Source of the DNA: Octopus sinensis
Taxonomy: Eukaryota
Direction: 5' to 3'
Assembly: GCF_006345805.1 (NCBI RefSeq)
Contig: NC_042999.1
Location: forward strand, 127,162,001 to 127,226,000
Length of the DNA: 64,000 nucleotides
The translations under genes and the position numbers were made by a program. Below the pieces are notes generated by a model, which worked only from the letters and a program-made list of their open reading frames with translations, ran no database searches and was not told where the DNA came from. This document shows, one piece after another, positions 24,763 to 36,979 of this stretch. Each line of letters begins with the position of its first letter. The first letter of the stretch is position 1.

Positions 24763-24925
24763 TGAGGCACATGGCTTAGTGGTTAGAGTGTTGGACTCTT
24801 GATTGTAAGATTGTGGTTTTGATTCCTGGACCAGTTCACACATTGTGTTCTTGAGCAAAACACTTCATTTCAAGTTGTTCCAGTCCACTCAGCTGGCAAA
24901 AAGGAGCAATCCTGCAATACACTGA
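24763..24925 (+). mobile_element. SINE group C, 5' part
   Basis: TGGCTTAGTGG A box; TGTGTTCTTGAGCAAAACAC..CAGTCCACTCAGCTGGC. Confidence 0.8.
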
Positions 24926-25447
24926 TGTCCCATCCAGTAGGTGGAGAATATATGCACCACAGCAATTGTACTCCTGACTTTTGGATCAGTTGTCTTACAC
25001 CTTCATTGTTGAGTACCTTAATACAACATGTAGTTAATTTTTATTTAAGTGATATCTTTTACCTCTGTTGGCAGCAAATGTTTTTCCTCTCAACAAATGT
25101 AGATTTACAAAAGTTATAATACTATAGGCTTATGAGACATGATTATTCAATACAAAACTTCTTCAGCAGCTGGGAATAAACAAGACAGTTATGTTTGTAT
25201 GTTTATATATCTGTTTTCCTATACTACATAGATAAAACAAATACATTATTTGGACATTGTTTTATAACTGGATGTTCTTCCTGTCACTAACCCTTATCTG
25301 CTTTTCGAGTCAGGAATATCTTATTCACTACATCTTTGAAGGTAAAACATTATATTTCTAAAAAACGTATAAATTTAGACACACTCACACACATGCACAC
25401 ACAGACACTCACACACACACACACACACACATATATACATATACATA

Positions 25448-25900
25448 CATCATCATTATCATTTGACCAGAGCTGGCAAGCTGGGAGGACGCACCAGACT
25501 CCAGTCTGATTTGGCATGGTTTCTCTGGCTGGATGCCCTTCCTAACACCAACCACTCTACAGAGTGTGCTGGGTGCTTTTACATGACACTGCATGGGCAC
25601 TTTTATATGGTGCCATGTGAGCACTTTTACATGGTGTCACATGGGCACTTTTACATGGCACCACACAGGCACTTTCATGTGACACCACATGGGCACTTTT
25701 ACATGACACCACCACAAGTGCTTTACACCACCAGCAGAATCAGTCTTAACATTCCTGCTGCAGGGTATGTGTCTTCTTGAGTACAGTCAGGCACCAAGTA
25801 TCTTGGTCCTTTATCATCTTGCTTGAAAGGTTCAGCTTCCTGAGGTGTTCTTCAGTACTTCATCTCATGTCTTCCTGGGTCTCCCACTTCAACATGTTCC
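25448..25900 (-). mobile_element. RTE LINE 3'UTR fragment with a ~24-bp tandem array (25570-25730)
   Basis: About 6 copies of a GCACTTTTACATGGTGTCACATGG-like unit. Confidence 0.75.
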
Positions 25901-27334
25901 ATCCACTTTGAGAAATCAGCACTTCTTTATGGAGCTGTCGGTATCCATCCACTTAACATGTAGATGGATGATGCATGTATATGTGCATATATATGTGTTT
26001 ATATATATATATAAGTGCAGACATGGCTGCATGGTTAAGAAGTTTGTTTCCCAACCGCATGGTTTGGGGCTTCTTTCAATTTCCAGTTACCAAATTCACT
26101 CACAAAATTTAGGTTACCCAATGCTATAGCAGAAAACACTTGCACAAGGTGTCATAGAGTGGAACTGAACTCAAAACCATATAGTTGGGGCGCAAACTTT
26201 TTAATCACACAGCCATGCCAGTGCTCCTGAAAGAAAGATGAGGGCTGGATTGACAAGTAATCTGATTGAGTGACTGACCGGGAAAGATAACTGTATTGGC
26301 CTGGACCTGTGATGAAAACAGATCATAAGTGCTGAAGGAAATGTACCTTGGGCAGACAGCAGAAGTTGCTTACCGCAGTGAGGAAGACTGAGAAATGCTT
26401 GGGCAGAAATGACATGGCCAGGTCTTAGGATATTGTGCTTAAGATGACGAAGGACTAATGCAAATTGGAATTTGCCAATATATTAATTTTTCTTATTGGT
26501 GTCAGTATTGAAAAATTGATGTAAAAATTATGAATGATAAAGATCATGATGTTTGAAGAGGATTTTAAGCTGGCAGTGATATCCACCTAACTACAAATAA
26601 TTTGGCGCCATTCTTTTCCTCTTGTGAGATAATGGATCATTAATACAAAGCAAAATATCTAAAGGTGGCTGGAGAATGTGGTCTCTGAAATGCAGTGTAA
26701 AAAAAATGGAAACAAAATCAGGTAATTAGCTATCTGATTACTGTATTCTATTCAAATAAGAACAACATGACAATAGTTGCATCTGATGGTTCGTTACACT
26801 TTCCATGAATATATTATTAACAGGAACATTATATAATATTAGAGTATATGAAATGGTGTATTATATGTGTGTATACACACAGGCACACACACACACATGT
26901 ACACACACACATACACATGCACACACGCACTCACACATTCACACACATACTCACACACACATTATAACGATAAAGAATATGGAGACTGGTACATTCTCAA
27001 AAGTTATTTCCTTTTATTTTACAATGTCATAGAGTATATTTTTATGGTTATAATGACCTACGAGTGTTTCTACAACACAGAGTATAGGCAGTTGCATATG
27101 ACTCCAAGCAATCATTGACAGTAGATACTAACTGACGGAGTTAGCCATAACTTGGAACTTAACTGAGAGCTACCATGGTAATCACTCAGATAATATATCG
27201 CTCTAAACTCACATTATATATATATATATATATATATATAAGTGCAGACATGGCTGCATGGTTAAGAAGTTTGTTTCCCAACCGCATAGTTTGGGGCTTC
27301 TTTCAATTTCCAGTTACCAAATTATTGTAAGCTA

Positions 27335-27685
27335 CACCAATGCTAGAACGGGATGACACTGCATAGTGCCAAAGATCCCAGCAATGCCATCACGTTTCAG
27401 GACCAGCTTCTGCAACAGCCTGGGTTTCAAGGGCCCACAGCTTTTTAATATTCTCCCAAAGAGTCTGAGGAACTTGCACAAAGTAGATGTAGCTAGACAT
27501 CTTCCTGCCAAGCGTCCCAGATGAACCTACCTCACGGCAAGAGGTGCAAATGAGAGTAGCTGTATCAAACTCCATTCTTCACCAAGTGCCACATATTAGA
27601 CGAGGTTCGTCGTAATAACAGTGTAGCACAAAACGGCGGTGCATCAGTATGGCCGCAGCTCTGAGCTGAAACTATTAAAAAAAAA
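27335..27685 (+). pseudogene. CR1/L2-type LINE: ORF C-terminus plus 3' tail
   Basis: Translates to IVPKIPAMPSRFRTSFCNSLGFKGPQLFNILPKSLRNLHKVDV..LDIFLPSVPDEP, followed by GGCGGTGCATCAGTATGGCCGCAGCTC..GCTGAAACT. Confidence 0.72.
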
Positions 27686-27924
27686 ATATGTGTGTGTGTG
27701 TATTACTGTCATTTCATTTATTTCTTTTGTTCATTTTAGCCATGTGGCTATGCTCATGCTGGAGGACCATTGTAATTTTGCACCATCATTTATGATTCTC
27801 CTTCAGCTAATTTCCTCAGGGTGGTGGAGTTTCACACATAACTACTCCTGTATATGTCTTTGTCCTGGCTGGTGACCCCATTGGTGTATGAGGGAGTTTA
27901 ACTTGTTTGCCCTTGTCAGTACCT

Positions 27925-28200
27925 TATGCTAGATTGTTGGATCATCTGGTATTGTGGAGAGGAAAATGTTTAGCTCCCTTTTGAAGACATCTATGTCCAC
28001 ATTGTGTAAATTTCTTAATAATTTTTGTGGCAGAGCATTGAAGAGCTGTGGGCCTTTGAACCCTAAGTTGTTGCAGTACCCAGTCCTGAATTTTGATGGA
28101 GTGGCCAGTACCTTTGCTACAATAGAACAGCATCCAGTTCTGGCATTTGTATAACCCTCAATTCTGTGAAATTAGGTATTAGCCCTTCCAGAATTTTCCA
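27925..28200 (-). pseudogene. Second diverged copy of the same LINE C-terminus
   Basis: Minus strand reads KFRTGYCNNLGFKGPQLFNALPQKLLRNLHNVDIDVFKRELNIFLSTIPDDP. Confidence 0.75.
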
Positions 28201-28255
28201 TGTGTAGATTATTACATATCTGTCACACCTTTGTTCCAGGGAGTAAAATTAATAC

Positions 28256-28705
28256 TTAAGTATATAATTATAAATACATAATTATAACTAAGGGAACTGG
28301 AGGGACAATGCCAAAACACTAGAAGTGTGTTTTTATAATTGATTATAGGCTAGTATAATCATTATGGACGATTAGATATAATGTATTCATGGGAAATGTA
28401 TGTATATATTGGTATATATATTGGTATCTGTGAGCAAGAATTTATTGGTATATATATTTTTTTTTTTTCACTTATATATTGTCAGTATACTTCTGTTGAT
28501 GAGTGTAAAGTAATTTTTTATTACAAAGCATGAAATCTTAAGATATAGAGTTGTCCAAAATTTTACAAATCTTCTTGTCCATTATCTTGCTTTCAGCCTT
28601 GTGCAAACTTAGAGTGGTTTGTAGACATTTAACATCTACTTCTAGTATATCGGCGTTGTCCCTCCAGCACCCTTGATTATAATTACATATTTATAATTAT
28701 ATACT

Positions 28706-28708
<3 letters not shown>
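28256..28708. mobile_element. MITE with ~70-bp TIRs
   Basis: 28256-28326 is an imperfect inverted repeat of 28638-28708 (TTAAGTATATAATTATAAAT..GGAGGGACAA.GCC..ACTAGAAGT). Confidence 0.8.
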
Positions 28709-28748
<40 letters not shown>

Positions 28749-28864
28749 TATATATATTATATATATATATATATATATAATATATATATATATACATACA
28801 TACATACACACATACATACAAACATACATACTACATACATACACACACACACATGCACATACAT

Positions 28865-29030
28865 ATAATTGCCAACCAAATGTGGTGTCCTATACAGGAC
28901 AATGTCCGATTACTAATACTAATCGGATACAGAATGTGTGTCATTAGCCAACTGGAAGAGATGTCTTCTTGGAGTTATAAACATCGGTAGCACTGTTCCA
29001 TATAGGATGCCACACTTGGTTGGCAATTAT
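28865..29030. mobile_element. 166-bp MITE with 30-bp TIRs
   Basis: ATAATTGCCAACCAAATGTGGTGTCCTATA / TATAGGATGCCACACTTGGTTGGCAATTAT. Confidence 0.85.
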
Positions 29031-29089
29031 CTGTTATGATTCTGTATTGCTACTGTTTATATCTCGCTCAGAGATTTAATATAGCTATA

Positions 29090-29654
29090 TATATTGCGTT
29101 GTCTGGAAAGTTCATACTGATTTTTAAAGGAAAGGAAAAGGTCATTAAATACTTGCCATTACATTTTTAATCAACCAAATATGAACCATTTTGTTGCACA
29201 ATACATCTCCATCTTCCCTTTAACTTGAAAATACCCTCTTCCCAGAATTGAGGTGGTTTCATGGCAAAGAATTCATCAAGGTATCTTTTTATGTCATCTA
29301 AGGAATTGAAAATTTTACCATTAAGACTATTCTGCAGAGACCTGAATAAGTGGAAATCCAAAGGAGCAATATCTGGAAGATATGGAGGCTGGGGTAACAC
29401 ATCCTAGCCGAGCTGCAGCAATTTTTGTCTGGTTTCCAAAGCATCTAGGGCTGAAAATAAACTTTCTTATCTTATTTTAAAGGGTTACAGGATTAACACA
29501 GGTTATAGGAACATAAACCTTCTACCATAAAAAGATAGCTTAAACTGTGCTCTAAATGGAGGTCAAATCCTATTTTATGGACACAACCATGTTCTAAAAT
29601 AAGTCGAAAGGTAAGCTACTATAAATCAGCACGAACTTTCTGGACAACCCAATA
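29090..29654 (-). mobile_element. Internally deleted mariner element
   Basis: TIRs TATATTGCGTTGTCTGGAAAGTTCATACTGATTT / AAATCAGCACGAACTTTCTGGACAACCCAATATA. ORF 29167-29400 reads PPYLPDIAPLDFHLFRSLQNSL..FWEEGIFKLKGRW. Confidence 0.92.
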
Positions 29655-30186
29655 TATATAATGTACCGTTCCATGACAGAAAATTCAACGAAAAAGTGTA
29701 CTCCATCTGGTGAGAAATAAATATTACAAAATAGTGTTTTGTATGTATGTATGTATACACTGTATTACAATAAAATAATATCTAGCCATTCAGACATGTG
29801 GTAAGGCAAATTTTTACAACATACCTTGTGTCTCCAAGCAATCTCCACATCCATACATATGTGTTTGTGTGTGTGTGAGAGAGAGAGTGTGTGAGTGTAT
29901 ATACGTGTGTGTGAGTGTTTTTTTGTGTATGTATGTGTGTGTGTGTGTGTGTGTGATAAGATAAAGAAATGTAAGAATGTGTTTTAATATATTTTTTAAA
30001 TATTCAAGAATTTGTAAAGCAGACACAGCATTCTTTTATTGGTACACTTGCCAGTGCTGGAATGTATTTGAACAAACGATTCTCATGTGATGTAATGTTT
30101 AACAATATCATGCACATAGTCACATTAATTAATTTTTCCAATTATCATTCAGGTAATAACAATATTTTGAGTACTTTTGAGTACTT

Positions 30187-30415
30187 TAACCTTTTAGCAT
30201 TTAAACTGGTCATAACCGGCCCAAATATTCTATCTATTTTTACGTACAAACTGGCCAGATCTGACCTCTCACACCTACCCTGCAATGTCATACTAAAAAT
30301 ATGGAATCACATCATTGAAATCTAAAAGCAACAAGATAATGCAAGATTAATTCAAAACAATGTGAACTAATAAGCCTTACATTTGACAGAGTAATCTGAA
30401 TGCTAATGGGTGAAT
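30187..30415. mobile_element. piggyBac-type MITE (family of 11884)
   Basis: TTAACCTTTTAGCATT start and GAATGCTAATGGG end. Confidence 0.75.
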
Positions 30416-30431
30416 AAGTAATACTGTAATA

Positions 30432-31140
30432 CTGGTGAGCTGGCAGAAACATTAGCACACCGGGTGTATTGCTTAGCAGCATTTTGTCAGTCTTTACATT
30501 CAGAGTTCAAATTCTGCCGAGGTCGACTGTACCTTTCATTCTTTCGGGGTTGATAAATTAAGAACCAGTAACATACTGGGGTTGATCTAATCGACTGGCC
30601 CCCCTCCCCAAAAATTTCAGGCTTTTGCCTTGAGTAGAAAAGAATAAGTAATATTATAACATGAGACTGTCCCAAATTCCCCACCTTCATATCTTCAATC
30701 TTTTATTTGCAGGCATGGTTGTGTGGTAAGAGGCTTACTTCTCAGCCACATGGTTCCAGGTTCAGTCCCACTTGGTCCTTGGGCAAGTGTCTTCTACTAT
30801 AGCCTTGAGCAGACCAGAGCCTTGTGAATAAATTTGGTAGATGGAAACTGAAAGAAGCCCATTATATATGTATCTGTGTGTGTGTGTGTATACATATGTA
30901 TGTGTGTGTGTGTGCGTTTGTATCCATGTTTGTTCCCCTGCCCTACTACCACTTGACAACCAGTGTTAGTGTGTTTACGTCCTTATCACTTAGTGGTTCA
31001 ATAAAAGATACTGATAGAATAAGTAAGAGGCTTAACTAAAAAGAATAAGTACTGGGGTAAATTCATTCAACAAGAAATTCTTCAAAGCAGTGCCCCAGCA
31101 TGGCCACAGTCTAATGACTGAAACAAGTAAAAAGAGATAA
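30432..31140 (+). mobile_element. SINE B (30432-30650) followed by full SINE A (30710-31140)
   Basis: Family motifs as in the other copies. Confidence 0.88.
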
Positions 31141-31191
31141 AAGGATAATAATTATCTACTAAAACCATAACATTGAAAAATTTTGAGATAT

Positions 31192-32200
31192 TTTGACCCC
31201 TTAGCATTCAGATTATTCTATTAAATGCAATACTTCTTTATTAACATTGTTTTCTATTAATCCTGCATTATCTTTTAACTCTGAGATTATGATTAAATGA
31301 TCATTAATTTTTTTTATGGCATTATAGGATAGGTATGAGAGACTGGATCTGGTCAATTTAACCCTTTAGCATTTGAACTAGCCATATCCGGCCAAAATAT
31401 TCTACCTGTTTTATGTTCAAACTGGCCAGATCTGGCTTCTGACATAAACTCGACAATATCCTTTTCTACTCTAGGCACAAGGCTCGAAATTGATAACATC
31501 GACCCCAGTACTCAACTGGTGCTTAATCTATTGACCCCCAAAAGGATGAAAGGTAAAGTCAACTTCGGCTGAATTTGAACACAGAACAGAGCAATGGGTG
31601 AAATACAGCTAAGCATTTCATCGAGCGTGCTAACTATTCTGCTAGATCGCCGTCTTACAAACCCTACAATATCATTTTAAAAATTAATAGTTACCTCATC
31701 AAAACCTCATAGCTAGAAGATAATACATGATTAATTCAAAACTATGTGAATAAAAAAGCTATACTCTTTTACTTGTTTTAGTCATTTGACTGTGGCCATG
31801 CTGGAGCACTGCCTTTAGTCGAGCAAATCGACCCCAGGACTTATTCTTTCTAAGCCCAGTACTTATTCTATCGGTCTCTTTTGCCGCACCGCTAAGTGAC
31901 GGGGACGTAAACACACCAGCATCGGTTGTCAAGCAATGCTAGGGGGACAAACACAGACACACAAACATATACACACACACACCCACACATATATACATAT
32001 ATACGACAGGCTTCTTTCAGTTTCCGTCTACCAAATCCACTCACAAGGCATTGGTCAGCCTGGGGCTATAGCAGAAGACACTTGCCCAAGATGCCACGCA
32101 GTGGGACTGAACCCGGAACCATGTGGTTGGTTAGCAAGCTACTTACCACACAGCCACTCCTGCGCCTTTTGACAAAATAATGCGAATGCTAAAGAGTTAA
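31192..32200. mobile_element. piggyBac-type MITE pieces interrupted by SINE B (-, 31455-31655) and full SINE A (-, 31765-32165)
   Basis: TTAACCCTTTAGCATT at about 31357 and GAATGCTAAAGAGTTAA at about 32185-32200, with inverted SINE motifs between them. Confidence 0.8.
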
Positions 32201-32668
32201 AATGATACAGGCAGAATATTTGGACAGGACATGGGCAGTGACTCCTTTTGTAGTTATGAGTTAGAAGTACAAAAGAACATATTGTTGGGTTGTAAACAAC
32301 TGCTGGTGATCATAAAAATGAAGCAATTACAAAATATATAAGGAAGAATGCATGCATTCGCTATAATTATATAATTATGTATTTTTATTTATTTATTTTA
32401 AACCTGATATCAAACTTCAAATAACATAGATTCTACTTCATGTATCAAGTTCTTTTTTTACCTTTTGTAAGTACACTTGAAGACACACAGACGCCTATAT
32501 ATAGATATATATATATAATCATCATCATCACTACCACTGTTTATTGCCCACTTTTCCATGCTTGCATTGGGCAAACGGAATTTTGTCCACATGCCCTTCC
32601 TGTCACCAGTTCTCACCTCTTCCCAAACAAGATTATACATGTGTGTGCGTGTGTGTGTGTGTGTGTGT

Positions 32669-32705
<37 letters not shown>

Positions 32706-33014
32706 TTATACATACACTTGATTCATATGAAAATACATGATGGAAAGATAGTAAACTGTTTGTGACTTCCTATTTCAAAAATTATACTTTGTTCATACAA
32801 TCAGCAATAAATAGAGTCTGTCAGCTTTGTTTGATACCTTTTTCTCACTGTTTCTAGATGCTGCCATTCTGTATACACTGTGGGTAAATAGTCCAAGGAT
32901 TTAGACCCGTGGTTCTCAACCAGGGTCCATATAGCCCTTGGTGGTCCATATAATATTTTGTTGTTAAAATTTAAGAGTAATAAACATGTTATACTTCTAT
33001 AATACTCAAAATAT

Positions 33015-33342
33015 GTGAAGGCACATGGCTTAGTGGTTAGGTATTTGGCTTACAATCATAAGGTCACAAGTTCGATTCCTGGTGGTGCGTTGTGTCCTTG
33101 AGCAAGACACTTTATTTCACTTACTCCAGTCCACTCAGCTGGCCAAAATGAGTTGTACCTGTAGTTCAAAGGGCCAGCCTTGTCACATTCTGTATGATGC
33201 TGAATCTCCTTGTGAATTATAATAAGGGTACACATGTCTGTGGAGTACTCAGCCACTTGCATGTTAATTTCACAAGCAGGCTATTCTGTTGATCAGATTG
33301 ACTGGCACCCTTGATGTCGTAAGCAATGGAGTGCCAGTAGTT
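33015..33342 (+). mobile_element. SINE group C, full length
   Basis: A box TGGCTTAGTGG, B box AGTTCGATTCC, and an 11-bp TSD ACTCAAAATAT (33004-33014, 33343-33353). Confidence 0.92.
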
Positions 33343-33354
33343 ACTCAAAATATT

Positions 33355-33580
33355 TTACTCTTACTCTTTTTACTCTTTTACTTGTTTCAGTCATTTGACT
33401 GTGGCCATGCTGGAGCACCGCCTTTAGTCAAGCAAATTGACCCCAGGACTTATTCTCTGTAAGCCTAGTACTTATTCTATCTGTCTCTTTTCCCAAACCG
33501 CTAAGTTAGGGGGACATAAACACGCCAGCATCGGTTGTCAAGCGATGTTGGGGGACAAACACAGACACACAAATTCACGT

Positions 33581-33633
<53 letters not shown>

Positions 33634-34686
33634 CTATTGGATAGTGTTCTGTTATGCCTTCGACACAGCCTGACTCCTCTAGCGACAGCTGATGACGGGG
33701 GTTTTGTCCTTGGTAACCTGTCCTGTATTTGGTTTTCGTTTTCCGTTTTCTTGTTTTTTTGTTTTTGGCTTTTTCTGTTTCTACGTCTATTGTGATTCTG
33801 TACTTCCGTATAATTATTTATATATGCATGTATATATACATGTAGATGTAGGTACGTACATATATGTTTGTATGTAAGCATATATTTTTATTTATCTCCT
33901 TTTGTCTGACAGCGCCCCGCATCAGGTTCATTCCGATTCGCGTTTCGATCCACTTCTGGTCCCCTTTTTTTATATTAATATTATTATAGATTAGATGCGG
34001 TACTCTCAACCTCTTCAATCTTTCTCCTCCCCCTCCTCCTCTCTCTTCGCCGCGTGTCCCCCTCCTCCTTCCCTCTTCCTTGCTATAAAACAAACTTTAC
34101 ACGTGGTTACCACTATTGAAAAGACTGCCTCCAACGCTGCTACTACACTTTCGTCCTTGCCAGCAAAAGGCTTCTTCGTTCGTCCCTTGTGGTTAATTTC
34201 CTGTATAGTATTCTTGTTATTTTCTCGTTTTGTAACTAATTGACTTTTTGTACATGTATTTTATTTTTGCAGTTTATTGTTGTCTATGCCAGAAAAAGGC
34301 TTTTTCGTTCGTCCTCTTGTGTTTGTTTTTGTACATGTATTTTAATTTGCAGTCTTATTGTTACGTCTTGTTTGTGTTGTAATCATTGTGCCCCCTGCTT
34401 GAAATTTATTTTAATTCTCTCGCAGGAAGGCTATGGATTAGTGTTTGTTATGCCTTCGAACATGCCTGACTCCTCTAGCGACAGCTGATGACGGGGGTTT
34501 TGTCTTGTGTAACCTGTCCTGTATTTGTTTCGTTTTCCGTTTTCTTGTTTTTGTTTTTGGCTTTTTCTGTTCTACGTCTTATTGTGATGTCCTGTACTTC
34601 GTATATTATTTATATATGCATGTATATACATTAGATGTAGGTACGTACATATATGTTTGTATGTATGCATATATTTTTATTTATCT

Positions 34687-34719
<33 letters not shown>

Positions 34720-34872
34720 GACAGGCTTCGTATTTTTTTGTATACCAAATCCTTTCACAAGGCTTTGGTCGGCCCAAGGCTATAGTAGAAGACACTTGCC
34801 CAAGGTGCCACGCAGTGGGACTGAACCCGGAACCATGTGGCTGGTAAGCAAGCTACTTACCACACAGCCACT
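33355..34872 (-). mobile_element. SINE group A split at its central microsatellite
   Basis: 3' half at 33355-33630 and 5' half at 34715-34872. Confidence 0.88.
33635..34689 (+). mobile_element. Non-coding element with ~260-bp terminal direct repeats (retrozyme/PLE-like)
   Basis: 33635-33900 repeats at 34431-34689. Each repeat carries ACAG-CTGATGA-CGGGGG..-GTAAC-CT-GTC-CTGT. No recognisable protein ORF. Confidence 0.7.
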
Positions 34873-36157
34873 CCTGCACCTTTAATAATTATTTTCATAC
34901 AATTCCTAATAATATTTAATTATGAAAATATAGTATAGTTATCTTAATATTGAATGGCTAGGAGGGTCCATCTGAGTTCTCTGGTTGAGAAGCACTGACT
35001 TAGACCTTCAGCTGTTTCAATTCGCTGTTTCAATAACTAAATAGAAGCACTTTCATTGGGATATTTTTCATTTTATTTTATATCAAATTTGTTGAATAAT
35101 AGCATAATTTCTGACAAGTTTCTAATGGTTCACTGAATTTGTGACGGGTGGAACAAATATCACATAAGGAATTATTATTCAATAAGTGCTGTTCTTTTTG
35201 TTTTTCTTTTTCAGTTTTTCAATGATATCTACATCCTTCGCAAATACACACACACACACACACACACATATCAGCAAAAGATACACATATATACATATGC
35301 ACTTCACCAGCACCATTTCCATCATCATCATCACCACCATTACCAACACCACCACCATCACTCCCGCCCCATCATCATAGTTGTTGTCATTGTTGCTGCT
35401 GCCGCTGCCACCCCACTATGATTATAAACACCACTACCACCACCATCATTATCATCATTGGAGAGAAACACTACTAGTCTTCAGTATATTGATGCTTACA
35501 GGAAATTGTAAGGCGAGATGAAGTTCTAAAAATTTAGGCCAATGTCTTTACCTGAAGTATTTAGGTTTCTAAGTACGGGATATATTAGAGATGATGAGAA
35601 GAAATGAGATGCATAAATTAGGTGAGTTTTGAGAGATGCATGGTCTGATGCTTGCTGGGTCAGAAACAGGGTGATCATATTAATGATCTACAATATAGAC
35701 TTGATAGCATTGTTACAGTTTCATGTATCATGTCAAAACTTTGGACAATCTTTAGACCATCAAGTTCTTAGTAATACTGAATTATTAAAAAAAGAATGTT
35801 TCTATATATAGGAAACTCCCTCTTATCTGGTATTCAAATAACTGGAATGCTTAAGCAACCTGTACCTAGACATGGATGCCTGTTGCTTTAGTAATGTATA
35901 TTCTATAAGAAAATGTGTTGCTAATTAGAGTAAAGAGAGAATTTGAGCTAATTTGTGTTAATTAATTCAGTGTCATTAAAAGAAAGAATGCTTTTAGTCT
36001 ATCTAAAATGGATCACTGCTTCAGAAAGTTCAGTATTTTTTTCAAATTTATTTTACTTCATTTACAGTACCTGTACTTTTTAGGTTAATAAAACTTGTTT
36101 TTTCCATAAATCATCCATTTATTTCTTCATATTTTCCCTATTTCTATTATATTCAAA

Positions 36158-36455
36158 AGGTGTATGGCTCAGAATCATGAGGTAATGAGTTTGATTCCCA
36201 GACCAGGCTGTGTGTTGTGTTCTTGAGCAAGACACTTTATTTCATGTTGCTCCAGTTCACTCAGCTGTAGCAATGAGTTGCGATGTCACTGGGATAAAGC
36301 TGTATCAGCCTTTGCCTTTCACTTGGGGGATCATCAGTGACGTGGAGAGTGGAGGCTGGTATGCGTGGGTGACTGCTGGTCTTCCATAAACAGCCCTGCC
36401 TGGACTTGTGCCTTGGAGGGAACTTTCTAGGTGCAATCCCATAGTCATCATGATC
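36158..36455 (+). mobile_element. SINE group C (tail variant 2)
   Basis: Homologous to 11417-11745. Confidence 0.8.
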
Positions 36456-36979
36456 ACCTTTAGTATTGTTGTTGTTGTTAGTGGTAGTGATCGTAGCAGT
36501 AGAAATAGTACCTCTAAGTATGAGTATTATTGCTTATTTAGCTTGGGTTGGAATTTATTAATAAAGTATTTCTTCTCTGATTTTTCTCTCAATTTCACTT
36601 GGACTGTAGTTTGTAGAATGGAAATATTAAAAATATTTTCCAACCTCATGTTGCTAGATGGTTACTCAAAGGTATCTGAGGGACATCTGGGTCTTTAATT
36701 TGCTGTCGGTGCACATGCGAACATTCTGATAGTACATTACCAGTCTGACCTACATATAGCTCTTCACAATTTGGGCATTTGATGAAGTAAATTAAATTTC
36801 TGCCTTTGCAGTTCATATTTGCATTTGTGAATATTTTTCTGGTTTTTGTGTTTATATATTCGCTGGTATGTTTGAATTGGCATGTGCCACATTGGCTATC
36901 ATTGCATTCAGATACAGTAAATGATTGGTCTTTGTTGCTGAGGTCAAACTTTGCCTTTGTTAATAATTTTTTTCAAGGT

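Larger units (their letters stand above)
32909..34997 (+). mobile_element. hAT-like MITE split by nested insertions
   Basis: Termini CGTGGTTCTCAACC and GGTTGAGAAGCACTG. The two halves join to match the uninterrupted segment at 14380-14520. Confidence 0.7.

Noticed and set aside
33015-33090. tRNA-like sequences with A and B boxes (also at other SINE heads)
   Set aside because: They continue into SINE bodies and have no complete cloverleaf, so they are not tRNA genes.
33905-33960. Minus-strand CGAAACGCG..CTGATGC motif
   Set aside because: The core lacks the conserved GA and helices I and III do not pair convincingly.
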